From: Balanoglossus misakiensis
Taxonomy: Eukaryota > Animalia > Hemichordata
DNA: 64,000 bases
Assembly (NCBI GenBank): GCA_040954595.2
Contig: CM082598.2
Coordinates: forward strand, 7,889,097 to 7,953,096
Reading direction: 5' to 3'
Shown: one piece after another, positions 14,315 to 28,363 of the stretch
Numbering within the stretch: position 1 is the stretch's first letter
Layout: each line of letters opens with the position of its first letter
Program-made: the position numbers and the translations under genes
Notes under the pieces: model-generated
What the model was told of the DNA's origin: nothing
What the model saw: only the letters and a program-made list of their open reading frames with translations
Database searches by the model: none

Positions 14315-14905
14315 AGTCTATTCCATTGTGTTACTAGTATTTTGTTTGATTTGATTTTGCCAAGTGGATTATAACTTCAGATAGTCAAGTACACACTACC
14401 AGAACTGATTTGATGGTTGAATCATACAATTATATATTCACCTCTTCTTATGCAATGAATTGATGAATACAAAGCGTTGTAGGTCATCTAACATGAGCAT
14501 GTCACTAACAAATTTATCATTGAGTTTCAAATCCCAAGTAACTGTGGACTTATATAGTTTATCTCCCAGATGAAATTTTTTTATCTAAATCTGCTCCCGC
14601 CGTAAGGTTGCTTTGTTAAGACATACAAAGAGAAATTATTGCATTGCATGTACACTGTGTGCCTCTGGATGAAAGACCAATCTGTGTACTTCATCGATGG
14701 GTACTACCACACGTTGTTCTGCCCAGCTCATAATTTGTGTAATGTGTACCCTCCAAAAATACATATGGAAGCACCCTAAAAATCAAATAGTTAAAAGCGC
14801 TGTTTATCATAAAATGCTCACTATCCAACATGATCCAACCACAATAACAGCATTGACCTACAGTCAGTTGTTTTAATTAGTTATTTGTATGTAAGCTGTA
14901 CACAC

Positions 14906-17224
14906 CTCTTGCCATTCCAAGGCTCTATGCCAAACAACACTTTTCTGTTGTTGTTGTTGTTGTTGTGGATCAACTTGCTGCTGGCGAGTCTAACTTGATG
15001 CACTTGAGCTGTAGAGGGCACTGGTATGTTCTGATCCATCGGTAGTGAAGTACTGGTATTAGCCTGTGATAAAACATACAAATCATGACTGTAATTAATT
15101 CTTTAATATCAATCACATGATATGGCCATGTGACCAAAAGCATTGTCATTTCTAGGTGATGGGCAAACAATATTTTGGTATCCCGTGAAATATTTTTCCG
15201 GATGTGTTTATACTTTAGAACCACCAGACAGGTAACATGTATCAGGCATGGTGCCTCAACAGCATCTTGGCATTCGTATGCACAGTAGTCATTTGCACCA
15301 CATTGCTGAAATTGCCCGTCAGCTGGAAATTTGAATGACAACGGAACTGCGTCTGATGTCATTGATATCAAAGAAAATCTTTATCTACTGGTCATCCAAC
15401 GTCCTCAGTTAAGACATCAAGCTGCCATCTTCTGATGTCATGTTAGGTAACAAATTATCCAAATGCAGTTCTATTGAAATACTGAAAAGTGATAAAATGT
15501 AACTTGCCAGGCAAAAGGGATAGATGGGTATTATAACTCAGCTCATAACATAACATACCAATGACTGGTGTTGTACATGTACTTGTGGCTGTGTCAGAGT
15601 TCGAACAACATTGGTGCCAGTGGTGACAGGTGGATTCTTGCTGCCGCTCACATTAGGTACTGTCAGTTGTGTTGACTGCACTCCTGTTCGCATCAATGGC
15701 TGCATACCTGCTGATAAGTAAACACAGTAGTATTTAAACGTCAATAACTCCAACGTTAACTTTGGATATCAGCTGTAATACTTTATTCTACTCTGTAAAA
15801 TATTAAGAATGTACTCAGAGTTTGGTTTCCAAACAAAGCCGTTTTATATAATTATTGATCATCATTGTTATTGTTGAAAAATGAATTCTCGTCTGAGTTC
15901 ATTTAATATTCACAATGGCCATTACTCATGTACATTTTTTGTAGAGAAGATAAAGACTGAACATTTCATAAAGCTATCCATAGCAGAAAAAGAAACTAGG
16001 GTTAATTCCTTCGCTGGAAAATACTGAAAAAAAACAATGTTACTTGGGCTTTAGCAGTAAGCAAAAGTGTCACAAATTTTTACCATGACATTGGTGTATT
16101 ATACCATTGATAGGAGAATATGAAAAGGGGAACTTGAATATTTTTCCCTCAGGTTTTGGCAAAGTATAATCAAACTAATGGTAAATGGCTGCCATGGCAA
16201 CATAACATATAATTATGACAGTCAAATCTGTGTTTGTGGCCACGTCTATGTAGTGGCCACTTTGTTTCAGTTCATGTACATGAACATTGCACATTAACTG
16301 ACCCATCTATAGAGGCCACCTGTCTATAAATGCCAGGTTAGGATGTCCCTTGACTTGCCACCTTAGACAGGTTTGACTGTACCTACCTCGTTGTGGCTTT
16401 GAATCTGTACCTGGCCATCTCTGCTGTGGCTGTGAGTTGATAGGATTCACAACAGCAATTGGTGGTGTCTTACTGAACTGACTAGCATTTGCCATTTGCA
16501 TGACACCTTCTATGGCTTTCAGTGCAGCAGCTGGCACATGCTGGGAAGTCATCTTTGGTGGTGAAGTTGCCTGTCCAAAAAGAGTAACAAACCTAGTTAA
16601 TATAAAGCATTATCAAGGCCAGTATTTAAAACCCCATTTTTAATTCATGACTTCAATTTTTGATTCAATGTTGAGCTTGCAACTCTCAAAGTCCTATTTT
16701 CAACACACATACCCTCATTAGGGCTTATCAACATTAATCTCATTAAAAATTGAAATTGATCACCGAGTCTCTGGCATTATCCAAAAGAGTCTTTGCATTC
16801 ACAGAGTGGGTTTCTAGCAACCAAAACAGAAGTTTTGAATGTGTTTTGAAACAATAGTTTACTGTATAGAAAATGGTAACACAAGGCTATGTGAAACAGT
16901 CATAAAAAGCTTTCAATTCACAGGATGGGTAACTAGAAACAGCTCATTTAAATCACATAGACAACAACTGTACCTGAGTGGACAAAAATTGTCTCATGGG
17001 GATACTTGAAACAGTCACATTGGGTTGTTGTGTCCTGTTTGCTGTGACAGTGGATACTGGTTGGTTTGGTAAACTGGTAGGCTGGGCAAAAGGCATTGAT
17101 GACCTTTGACCTTGGCCCTGCATCTGGGACTGACTCAGTTTCTATTGAGAGGATGACAGATGTTGTGGAGACGGACTTCCAATTTGACTTGGTTGTCCAG
17201 GTGACAGATGACTTGGTGTTGCAC
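14906..17224 (-). pseudogene. MED25: MED25 pseudogene middle exons (17224-16974, 16570-16387, 15707-15559, 15063-14906), low-complexity P/Q/T region into the start of the ACID domain
   Basis: GT-AG boundaries with matching phases 1/0/1/0; last exon ends KSVVWHRALEWQE after a frameshift. Confidence 0.75.
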
Positions 17225-17479
17225 CTGCAATAAAAAGATCTAGTTGATTTATTTATATACTGTAAAACGGGAATTTTCTGTGACAGGAAATGTTCGCATA
17301 TCAAAGGAGACAGCTGTTACGCTACACTTAAATTTTGCATTCTCATATTTCACTAACTGCACCAATATCCTTGACCTTGGCCCTGCATCTGGGTTTGACT
17401 TGGTTGAGTCAGTTTCTGATCACAGAGTGCTACATAACTTTAACTCATATTGTACTGAAGATCAACACGGCAATACTCT

Positions 17480-17950
17480 TAATAATTCGGGGACCAAGCG
17501 CCTTCAGGCGCTTGGTCCTCTTCTGTTATTGCTGGAGTTTTTCTTCTTTCTTCTTGAGTCGTTTTTTTGCTCCCGTTTTTCTCAAAATCGACGTGTCCTA
17601 GGACCTTGAAATTTGGCACGATGGTTGGGGCCCATGAGTACTGGTGCACCTGCCCTTTGAATTTGTAATTAGTCACGTGACTTGGTGGCTATAATCGAGC
17701 GAAATTTTCAAATTGTCCTTATTTGCACGTTAATGGGGGAATGTACATTCTTTTCGCGATTTTTGTAGACCATGTGGCCAAAATCCCCTGTGCCAAATTT
17801 CAAGGTCCTAGGCCACGTCCATTTTGAGAAGAAGATTTTTGTAATATTTTTCGCATTTTTGGTGGGCTGAGGACGGACACTGGGGCATCGGACTTTGACC
17901 GTCATTACGTAATGTTGTGAAGATCTCATTAGCAGGCTACTCACTTCTGG
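17480..17950 (-). mobile_element. Non-autonomous Helitron/Helentron-like element end
   Basis: Terminal hairpin ggaccaagcgcc-ttca-ggcgcttggtcc next to a (ttc)n tract, plus internal inverted 'gtcctagg.ccttgaaatttggcac' repeats. Confidence 0.4.
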
Positions 17951-20345
17951 CGGGTTGCAGTAGTCCTCGGAAAATCGGCTGAAATACGTAAACAGACCAG
18001 TGATTATTTTCCACGGAATGAATTTTGGGATAACACATTATCGGAGTTCAGGCTGTGTTAGGGCGTTTTATTGAATTACGTTGAGTTTGTTAGCTGTTGC
18101 CGTTCAAATGTTTCTATCCAGACCCGGCTACACTGGTTAGCATTCAATGTAATGCGGCAGCGGACTTTGACCCTCAGTCGCTAATGTGGCCGAAATACGT
18201 CAGCAGACCAGTGATTTTCTTGCACGAAGGGAGTATGGTACCAGCAATAATCAGAGATCAGACTTCTTTGCCGTTCAACAGTTCCAACTTCAGTCGTGAC
18301 GTTCCAACTGAACGTTCAGTATGGGGGTTGGCCCGCAGGTGGCCGTGGGGGTTATCAGGTCGCCCGTAATGGCACGCAGCTTCATGCAGCTGTATGGGAC
18401 CAAAATAATACGCCCGATTCGGGGGTCACCTGTGACACCTGCGTAACTCAATTATGTGCATGCGTAATTGTGGAGTCAATGAAAGGGATGCTAGCGTGGT
18501 ATTTGTTGCACATGGATCAATTTGAAGTCCGATTTTCCTGTCAAGTTATGGGCGACCTTATGTGACATTTCACCTACTTTTGCTTAGTGAGCATCCACAG
18601 CAGATGCATGCAGCTTTGGCGATGGGGGTGGGGGGGGGGGCATATACGGATGCGACCATAATGATATACCAAAGGCGGGGTCCCCTGTTGCACCTGCCTA
18701 AGTCATTGATTTTGTACATTTAATTGGACACTAACCAACAGGGCAATATGTGTGGTTTTTGTTCCACAGGGACGAATGTAAGTTTCAGTTTGTTTTTTGT
18801 CCAAATGTATAAGTTGATTTGGATGACCTCTGTCGTACAGTGCCATATCTCAGCCCGTTGTACAGGTGTAGCTTTGGTATTTGGAGGGATGAAACTATCA
18901 TGAAATGTCAAATACTGGGGGATACCTGTGACACCTGCTTGATTCATGAATTACGTGCATACCTAATGGTAAGCAAAGTGAAAGGGCTGCAAATGTAGGA
19001 TTTGTTGCACATGACATAAACAGGAATGAAAACATTTTGTCAGATTTTTGGGTGACCTCAGGTGTCCATTGACCTGCTTTCCATATGTTAGCACGCACAT
19101 CATATATAGCCAGGTGTTTGGAGGGGTAGGGTAGGACCCTCTGCGTCATGAAATGCTAAATTCCTGGGGCCACCTGTAACTTACTCGTGTAACTCATTAT
19201 TATGGCCATATCTAATTTGACAAACCCAAACAGCGAGGATTTTCCGTTGTCTTGAATATGAACCAAATAAGAATCCTATTTTTTGGCCCAATTTTTGGGT
19301 ACTCTCAGCTGACCTTTGAAGTATACTTACTGAAGTACTTACAACGTAGAAGTTCACCTTGGTTGTTGTGTTTGTACTTGTAAGACATCCATTTCGGGTG
19401 GTTGCCAACTTCCCCATATCTCTATATCCAGAGCAAATACAGCCTACGCATTTGAATGGTACAACCCTGAATGGAGTCCAATGGTTATTAACTCTATGCT
19501 TGGGCCCCTTCAATGCTGCTTGCAGCTTTAATTCTACTATATCTCACACTTCACTTGGTGGTGTAATTGTGTGTGGACTTAATTTGACAATGGCTCGTAA
19601 GCAACACTGGAGACTTTATCTGGAGATAAACTTCCAACTGTTGATTTGAGAGGATTTGAGGTCATACTGGAGGTAGATGCAGTAAACATGGTAACTGTTG
19701 ATGCGGGTTTCAGTGGCTGTGTTGTGGTCGTGGTTGTACACACTGAAGTGGTTGCTATGGTCGTAGGTTTCACTATGGCAACCTCTTTTGTATCACCACT
19801 GGACACCGATTTTTCTGAAACACAAAAATTGAGGATTATACAGTTGATGTGAAATTCTGATGTGGAATCACACAATGTCACTAAACTTGTCTTGAACCTG
19901 TACCAGTGTTTCATCCAGGATGTAACCAAGGAAACTAATTGCCCACCTTCCAACAATTTTCAGGAGGATGTGTAATTAATTGGCCAGGCATTGAAATGAT
20001 GGGGAATAATAGGCTGGCTTGTGAAAGTACTGCAACAGAATACACTGCATAACTTGCGACAATAACTTCCATAAGCCTCAGATCGTGTGCAGAGGTCATG
20101 AAGTTCTGTCATATTTAGTATTAGCCAACCAGGAGCGCATAATAATACGTGATGTGTAATAAATATTAATAAATATATTACAACCATTTTATGGAAGTAC
20201 CAATTTAGAGTAATGAAAATCTTAACAAACCACAAAATGATGAATTGGTTGTAAATGACCACATAAACAAGTTATATATTTGACCTGTGAACTTTAGAAT
20301 CTGGATGGTATGATTGCAAATATTTGCATAGCAACAGATACCTAC

Positions 20346-21079
20346 CAGCAAGTTGATAACCTTTGAGAAGTATCATGTGGTGTGGATCAGCCGCATAATC
20401 CTTCATAGGTACCATCTATACTTCACCATATGCTTTGTCGCTAAGTTTTTGGAGTTCAGGCAGTTTGCGGGGTGATATGATTGAGGAATGGACTCCTCTC
20501 TGTCAAAAGACAACATTTGCTAAGAATCAAAATTTGGCAACCACATGTGAAGTCGTAACTGATGCAACAAAAACAATTCAAAATTCAAAACAAAGAGTTT
20601 TTGAGACTTGAGTTGTTGTCATCTTTTTAAAGACATTCCAAACATTGAGCATTCCTCATTTTTACTGAAAATTGAGTTGCCCTCAGCAAATATACAAGTT
20701 CAATTTAATAATCTCATACATACTAGAAAATGTTCCCAAAGTGATGCATTTAGATGTAAAACACATGTCAATCAATCAAAGTTAATTATAAAACCAGAAT
20801 TCAAGAAAATATAGCTGTTCAATGGGGCTTAGTGGAATTGGTCCGCTCAGTACGCTAGTTTGAAAAGATGTGTTGTTTTTTTCATCTTCCCTTGTTAGAT
20901 TGATATGACTATTGTTAGTAGGCAGTGTTGTATAAAATGTTTTACATCGCTTACTTACCTCACCCAACATGGCAGTCAATTGTTCTGCAGTCAATCCACT
21001 GTAATTAATACTATCTTGACTTGGCAAGGGATATGGAGGAGAGTTGCAGATCAATATACAATGTTTCTGTTCTTGTGTG
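20346..21079 (-). pseudogene. MED25: MED25 VWA-domain exons (21079-20959 and 20499-20346)
   Basis: QKHCILICNSPPYPLPSQDSINYSGLTAEQLTAMLGE | RGVHSSIISPRKLPELQKLSDKAYGEV*MVPMKDYAADPHHMILLKGYQLA. Confidence 0.92.
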
Positions 21080-21369
21080 CTGTATGCAAAAAGAAGGGAA
21101 AACAACATTTTATTATTGGCAGTATTGTCAGTCTGTGTTTTTTCTAACCCTTCCACCCCAATTCCCTCTTCAGAGATCTAGTCCATGGGCCAGGACCCGA
21201 TTTTTCATGAATTGGTATCAGAAAGATGGACAAAGCCTCATGTGGTTTTTTGGAAAGGCCTATATCTCTAGATTATAAATTGGGGTGATAGCCCTGCCTA
21301 TCGAGTAGCTTTCTGCATTTTTTCCCTCAAAAACTAATGTAAGAACATAAAAATTTCCGACCCAAATTT

Positions 21370-22470
21370 TGGGGGTAGGGGAACTTTAAATTGCTGTATC
21401 TCCAGCAAAACTAAAGCCAGAACAGTCATTTACCACTCAAATTGTGTGTTTAGAACTCTACCAATATAATATATTTTGGTGGTAATTCGTTTTGAATTGA
21501 GGTCAATAGAGGTCAAAAGGTCATGAAATTTGGGTCATTCTGAAAATTTGTAGTATGACTATTTCTTGAACGATTTTTTTGAACTTAAGTCTTTAAATGT
21601 CATTCAGAAGATAAAATACTCTCCCAGAATGTATTTCAAACCAATAGAAAATCTTATTATTCATTTATGACCAGAAAAACACAAATAAGGAGAAACGACA
21701 GAAAGGCATCCAATTTTCCACTCAGATTTAAGGGTAGGGGAAACTTAAGTTCTTGTAACTCCGGCAAAAATAAACCCAGAACAGTCATCTACCACTCAAA
21801 TTGTGTGTTTTTTAGAACTCTACCAATATAATATATTTTTGGTGGTAATTCGTTTTGAATTAAGGCCAATAGAGGTCAAAAGGTCATGAAATTTGGGTCA
21901 TTCTGAACATTTGTAGTATGACTATTTCTTGAACGATTTTTTTGAACTTATAAGTCTTTAAATGTCATTTAGAAGATACAATACTCTCCCAGAATCTATT
22001 TCAAACCAATAAAAAACCCTATTATTCAATTACGATCAGAAAAACACAAATACAGAGATACGGAAGAATGGCACAAGACTTCAGACCCTGATATTGGGGT
22101 AGGGGAAACTTAAGTAGTTGTAACTCCGGCAAAAATAAAGCCAGAAAAGTCATCTACCTCTCAAATTGTGTGTTTTTTAGCACTCTAGCGATTGTATATG
22201 TATTTGTTGCAATTTTGTTCTGAATTTAGGTCAAAGAGGTCAAAAGATCACAAGATTTGGGTAATTTCGAAAAATTATGGTACGAACATTTCCCGCATTA
22301 ATTTTTTAAACCCAAGTCTTCAAATGTCATTTATGAGATAAAATACTCTACACCATTTTTTTCCCGAACCAATTGAAGATCTTGTTATTCAATTACAATC
22401 AGAAAAAATTAGTAGAGAAACGGGATAATAACAAACAATTTCCCACGGATTTTGGGGTAGGTTTGGCCAT
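21370..22470. repeat. Subterminal ~365-bp tandem repeats (about 3 copies) in the foldback arm; mirrored at ~24580-25680
   Basis: Units begin ggggtaggggaa(a)ct(t)taa at ~21372, ~21731, ~22096, with a partial unit at ~22453. Confidence 0.85.
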
Positions 22471-22780
22471 CTAACAGGTAAGTATACACCCAACTGATCA
22501 TGCACATATGGTGTTTAGGAGAACGGATGTGCAGATTTGTGAACCTTTGCATGCTGCTCATGTGCACTGTACTTGTATGATGATTCCTAACAATACTACG
22601 AGAAGGGGCCATTATAGCATTGTAGCTCTGATTGTGTATTATTGTTGGATACCATTCTACAGTGTACAGGCACAGCAGATGACAAGCCAAGCAAAGGTTC
22701 AAAAATCTGCTTATTTTTTTTTCCTCAACACAATATGAGCATGATTTATTTATATTCAGGTCCAGTATAATAAATAAAAA

Positions 22781-23353
22781 ATGGCAAGCCCATCTTCTAT
22801 TCCACACAAGAGGGCTCGACGGGATTGTTTTCTCGACTGTCATGAATCCGACCATAAAGCAAGCCTCGTTACTCTACAAGATCACACCTCCTGGATAACT
22901 TTGCTGAATACAGCTAACATACAAAAATACAAACCAATTCAGGACCTCGCCATTGGTTTGGGCGAAGGTGAAATTCCTCAGGTGCAGTACCATCGGAAAT
23001 GCCGAAGTCTCTTTACGATGAAAAAGGCTCTTGAATCTATCCTTTCTAAAGAGCAGTCGTCATCAACTGAGGGAACCAATACACTGGAACGTAAAAAAGA
23101 GGTCGAGCATACAAGGGTGTCGGTGTGATCACATTTGCCTATTTTGCTCCACCACCAAGTACATGAAGGGAAGTAGGACAAGAGCTCCTTTAGTTCGTTG
23201 TCAGCAATTGCGTACGGACAACACATTTAGGGAGGCAGCACCAAGAAAAATGACAGTAAAATTCGTGCACTTCTCAGTTTTGAGTTGGTTGCTGCTGAGG
23301 GTCACTATCTTAGTAAGTGTTATATGGACTATACAAGGCCTGATATTCAAGCA
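22781..23353 (+). pseudogene. Academ-type transposase N-terminal fragment (left arm)
   Basis: ATG at 22781; frameshifted fragments MASPSS...YHRKCRSLFTMKK and CLFCSTTKY...LVAAEGHY. Confidence 0.65.
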
Positions 23354-23359
23354 GCGTAA

Positions 23360-24268
23360 GCAGGATTAGAGCAGATGTGGTGATGATACTTTCATGTGAT
23401 TGTTTTTCTGCTGCAAGAAGTTCTTTTCTTACAGCATTGTACTTCAGGTCAACAGTACCTATATCTAGTGATGACGGATATACAAGCACCCTACCATTTA
23501 CATCATTAAAAAAAATCAATGTCCCTTTGAATTCCGTATTTAGCGTATGCTGCAAGTTTTGTTGGTGGAATTGTTAACCTGTTTAACACCAAGTTGGAGC
23601 ATTTTGGTAACTAACTTGTTTGATAGATCAGTCAGGGGAACTACCTCAGGGTTTGTGAACAAATCATTTCTGATAAAAGAAAATAACTCTTCTTGAGCAA
23701 TTTGCAGGACATCCTCATAACTAGTATCTTGATCATGTTGACTTTCATCAACCTCCATATGACTTGAACCTGCTTGAATATCAGGCCTTGTATAGTCCCT
23801 ATAACACTTTCTATGATAGTGACCCTCAGCAGCAACCAACTCACGACTGAGAAGTGCACGAATTTTACTGTCGTTTTTTCTTGTTGCTGCCTCCCTTAAT
23901 GTGTTGTCCGCACGCAATTGCTGACAACGAACTAAAGGAGCTCTTGTCCTACTTCCCTTCATGTACTTGGTGGTGGAGCAAAATAGGCAAATGTGATCAC
24001 ACCGAGACCCCTGTATGCTCGACCTCTTTTTTACGTTCCAGTGTATTGGTTCCCTCAGTTGATGACGACTGCTCTTTAGAAAGGATAGATTCAAGAGCCT
24101 TTTTCATCGTAAAGAGACTTCGGCATTTCCGATGGTACTGCACCTGAGGAATTTCACCTTCGCCCAAACCAATGGCGAGGTCCTGAATTGGTTTGTATTT
24201 TTGTATGTTAGCTGTATTCAGCAAAGTTATCCAGGAGGCGTGATCTTGTAGAGTGACGAGGCCATTTT
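23360..24268 (-). pseudogene. Academ-type transposase N-terminal fragment (right arm, extends further)
   Basis: Same fragments plus ...ELFSFIRNDLF...LNTEFKGTLIFF...VLVYPSSL; frameshifted. Confidence 0.65.
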
Positions 24269-26920
24269 TTTATTTATTATACTGGACCTGAATATAAATA
24301 GATCATGCTCATATTGTGTTGAGGAAAAAAAATAAGCAGATTTTTGAACCTTTGCTTGGCTTGTCATCTGCTGTGCCTGTACACTGTAGGATGGTATCCA
24401 ACAATAATACACAATCAGAGCTACAATGCTATAATGGCCCCTTCTCGTAGTATTGTTAGGAATCATCATACAAGTACAGTGCACATGAGCAGCATGCAAA
24501 GGTTCACAAATTTGCACATCCGTTCTCCTAAATACCATATGTGCATGATCAGTTGGGTGTATACTTACCTGTTAGATGGCCAAACCTACCCCAAAATCCG
24601 TGGGAAATTGTTTGTTATTATCCCGTTTCTCTACTAATTTTTTTTCTGATTGTAATTGAATAATAAGGTCTTCAATTGGTCTGAAAAAAAATCGTGTAGA
24701 GTATTTTATCTCATAAATGACATTTGAAGACTTGGGTTTAAAAAATTAATGCGGGAAATGTTCGTACCATAATTTTTCGAAATTACCCAAATCTTGTGAT
24801 CTTTTGACCTCTTTGACCTAATTTCAAAACAAAATTGCAACAAATACATATACAATAGCTAGAGTGCTAAAAAACACACAATTTGAGAGGTAGATGACTT
24901 TTCTGGCTTTATTTTTGCCGGAGTTACAACAACTTAAGTTTCCCCTACCCCAATATCAGGGTCTGAAGTCTTGTGCCATTCTTCCGTATCTCTGTATTTG
25001 TGTTTTTCTGATCGTAATTGAATAATAGGGTTTTTTATTGGTTTGAAATAGATTCTGGGAGAGTATTGTATCTTCTAAATGACATTTAAAGACTTATAAG
25101 TTCAAAAAAATCGTTCAAGAAATAGTCATACTACAAATGTTCAGAATGACCCAAATTTCATGACCTTTTGACCTCTATTGACCTTAATTCAAAACGAATT
25201 ACCACCAAAATATATTATATTGGTAGAGTTCTAAAAAAAACACAATTTGAGTGGTAGATGACTGTTCTGGGTTTATTTTTGCCGGAGTTACAAGAACTTA
25301 AGTTTCCCCTACCCTTAAATCTGAGTGGAAAATTGGATGTCTTTCTGTCGTTTCTCTTTATTTGTGTTTTTCTGGTCATAAATGAATAATAAGGTTTTCT
25401 ATTGGTTTGAAATAGATTCTGGGAAAGTATTTTATCTTGTAAATGACATTTGAAGACTTAAGTTAAAAAAAATCGTTCAAGAAATAGTCATACTACAAAT
25501 TTTCAGAATGACCCAAATTTCATGACCTTTTGACCTCTATTGACCTCAATTCAAAACGAATTACCACCAAAATATATTATATTGGTAGAGTTCTAAAAAA
25601 CACACAATTTGAGTGGTAAATGACTGTTCTGGCTTTAGTTTTGCTGGAGTTACAGCAATTTAAAGTTCCCCTACCCCCAAAATTTGGGTCGGAAATTTTT
25701 ATGTTCTTACATTAGTTTTTGAGGGAAAAAATGCAGAAAGCTACTCGATAGGCAGGGCTATCACCGCAATTTATAATCTAGAGATATAGGCCTTTCCAAA
25801 AAACCATGTGAGGCTTTGTCCATCTTTCTGATACCAAATTCCTGTCTGGCCCATGGACTAATCCAACCTTATCATAGAAAACAATGCTGTTGGACTGAAC
25901 CATAGTGATGATCAGGGTAATGTAACCAGGGTTCCCCAGTCATTTTGTTAGCATTCCTCATGGTATCATCAATGCAGTCATATTAATGGTAAGACAGGTG
26001 TTACATGGGGTTCCAAAATCACTTATTCATGCTCCCCAACAATAGCCAAAATACTGTGTTATCCAAATTCTTATTTCCCACCTGTTACAACTTACAAAGT
26101 ATCTGTCACAGTCATTTTATGCTCTTTTAGTATTTAGGATCTATTATCGATGATATAATCACCCCTGATCATATATAGACTAGATTGCATGTATAGCTCA
26201 ACAGAATAATATTGAAGGTCAGAATGCTTTTGATGAGGAAACAACACACCAACTGCGAGATTATATCTTCTTCAGAAAATACAATCATTTTTATGTTAGT
26301 CAAGATACATTGCAACTGGTGTATTGTTCTCTCATCAAAAGCATTTTGACCTTCTATATTACTGTAAAACGGATTATTTTCGTTACAGGAAATTTTTGCG
26401 ATATTTAAAGAGGCAACTGCTATGCGAGGATTAATTTTCATGTTCTTGTATGTCACTGCATCTTTATCTCCGAAAAACATTTTACGCAACTTTTTATTTT
26501 CACATTTTGTTGGCTCTCGCGTATTTCGCAAAAATTAATTGCTTGCGAAAATAACCCGTTTTACACACAGGTGCAAGCTTTCTCTTATTGTGAGTATGGC
26601 AGAGAAAGTTTTTGGCTGCTGTAAAAATTCTCTGACAAAGACAGAAGGATTATGAAACTGAAAATGTTGATAATACAGTGAAACCTGTCAATGCAGACAT
26701 CTCTCTAATCAGGACACCTCTCTTTTAAGGAAAGATTGTTCAAGACAAGAGTAATGGTTTGAAGAGAATATTACATGTACATTTCTGTTAAAGGGACAAA
26801 GTCTCTCTCTCGCTGCCCTTTTTAGGTCCCATTGGTAAAGGCCTATATCCCATGCAGGGTTGGCGCTAGACTTTGCAGTTTTTTCGTGCAGTGCGCGCAA
26901 CGGGTATAATTTATTTACGT

Positions 26921-27454
26921 TGTTACAGTAGACAAAACCGGGAGCACACAATGGAGAATGTGGTTCAACAACAGAATATTTAATTAAACAACTAGCCTTC
27001 TAAAATCAAAAGTCACACAAAAGAAAATGTTCACTGCGTGTTTTTACCCTGCTCGGTCGAGGAGTTACCGAGTCCACAAAAGTCCTGGCCGAACTCAGGG
27101 CACAGAAGTCCGTTGCTGACCAAGTCCGTCATTCACAGAAGCCAGTTGCTCACACATAATCCGTTGCTCATGAAGTCGGTTGCTCACAGAATCCAGCCCA
27201 GCTAGGTAAATTCCTAATTCCCAAGGCGATGTGGAGCTGGAGCTACGACAGCTATGTGCTCCTCCGAGTCAGTGTTGAGAAGTGTGCCTCGTGGTTGTTG
27301 TGAGAAGGCCTTTTATATGGGTGACCATCTGGTTATTTCTAATATTTAAATGAACTAGTTGAAAAGGCAGGGCCTTTTGTTATGCAAAGAAAAGCTACCC
27401 CTCTCTCGACCAAGCAACTAAACAGGGTGTGTCGTAACACCCCCCCCCCCCCTT
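26921..27454 (-). mobile_element. 3' LTR (519 bp) plus polypurine tract of an LTR retrotransposon; no gag/pol seen
   Basis: TGTTAC...GTAACA (26921-27439), abutting C-run = G-rich PPT on the minus strand; minus-strand TATA (ccatataaaagg, ~27315) and ATTAAA (~26980). Confidence 0.75.
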
Positions 27455-28363
27455 GGAAAAAGTTTGAATACAATGAAAACTTCAAAAAATACAAAGTTGA
27501 ATATCACAAAGTACATGTAGTAGGGAGTTCAATGCAAAATTTTAAATTCATTTTAGCTTCATTGCAGTATAAACATTTTGAAGTATAATGTGAGAGAAAC
27601 AAAACAAAACAAAAATTTTCAAAATCCGTCAAGTAGTTGAATTATGTCAATTTAAATGTTGCGAAAAAGGGGCTTTTTTGTGAAATTTTGCCGAAAAAAT
27701 GGGAAAAAACTGCAAAATCATCATTTTTAGAGATGCCAAATTTCAATTATATTCATTAAAAATCCATTTTTGTGGTTAAATCTACTAGAAAGTTTATTTT
27801 CTTCAAATTTTTGCAATGTTACATGTTCAATTGTGACATCACATTTTAGAAATCCATCTTCAAAGTTCAAAAATACTTCATTGGACTTAGTTTTTACACG
27901 CACGGCACCATGGGAAAATTACAAAATCTGTCGATTTCAAAAGTTTGTATCTCCAAAACTATGTACATAATCCTGATGAAATTTTCTGTGAAAACTGACA
28001 TGTACCTGTTCTCTTAGTTTGTTAAATCATAGATCTATAAGTACTTGTAGTATTACATTTAATCCAGCTTGAAAATCACAAAAAAATCACTTTTGACTGA
28101 TTATGCTATGGATGCTAGATAAGGTTGTTTAATCTCAAGGTTTTGTCAAATTCTCACGGCTATTCAAAAACTTTGTGACAAATATTGTTGAAAGTTGGTA
28201 AGCATTTAATTACATTATGAGATGTATTAATTCCACTATTAATTTGGCATGAGAATGAGTTATTGATAAATACATGCAGAATAAACATTACAACATATAC
28301 ACAATCCGGAAAAGGAACACACTAGTTCAGTACAATATAGTACATTATATTATTCTTAGCGGC

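Larger units (their letters stand above)
21179..25860. mobile_element. Palindromic (foldback) Academ-like DNA transposon derivative, ~2.2-kb inverted arms
   Basis: Termini TAGTCCATGGGCCAG...CTGGCCCATGGACTA; 3-bp TSD ATC (21176-78, 25861-63). Both arms carry the same transposase 5' region (YHRKCRSLFTMK; CLFC; LVAAEGHYHRKCYRDYT). Inserted into an ~85-bp piggyBac-type MITE. Confidence 0.8.

Noticed and set aside
4127-20499. TAA/TAG read as Gln (variant genetic code), since stops sit in Q-rich runs
   Set aside because: The same gene has a frameshift and missing exons, and TAG/TAA end other ORFs normally (transposase at 50542, Harbinger at 7844, MED25 at 4127). C-to-T decay explains it.
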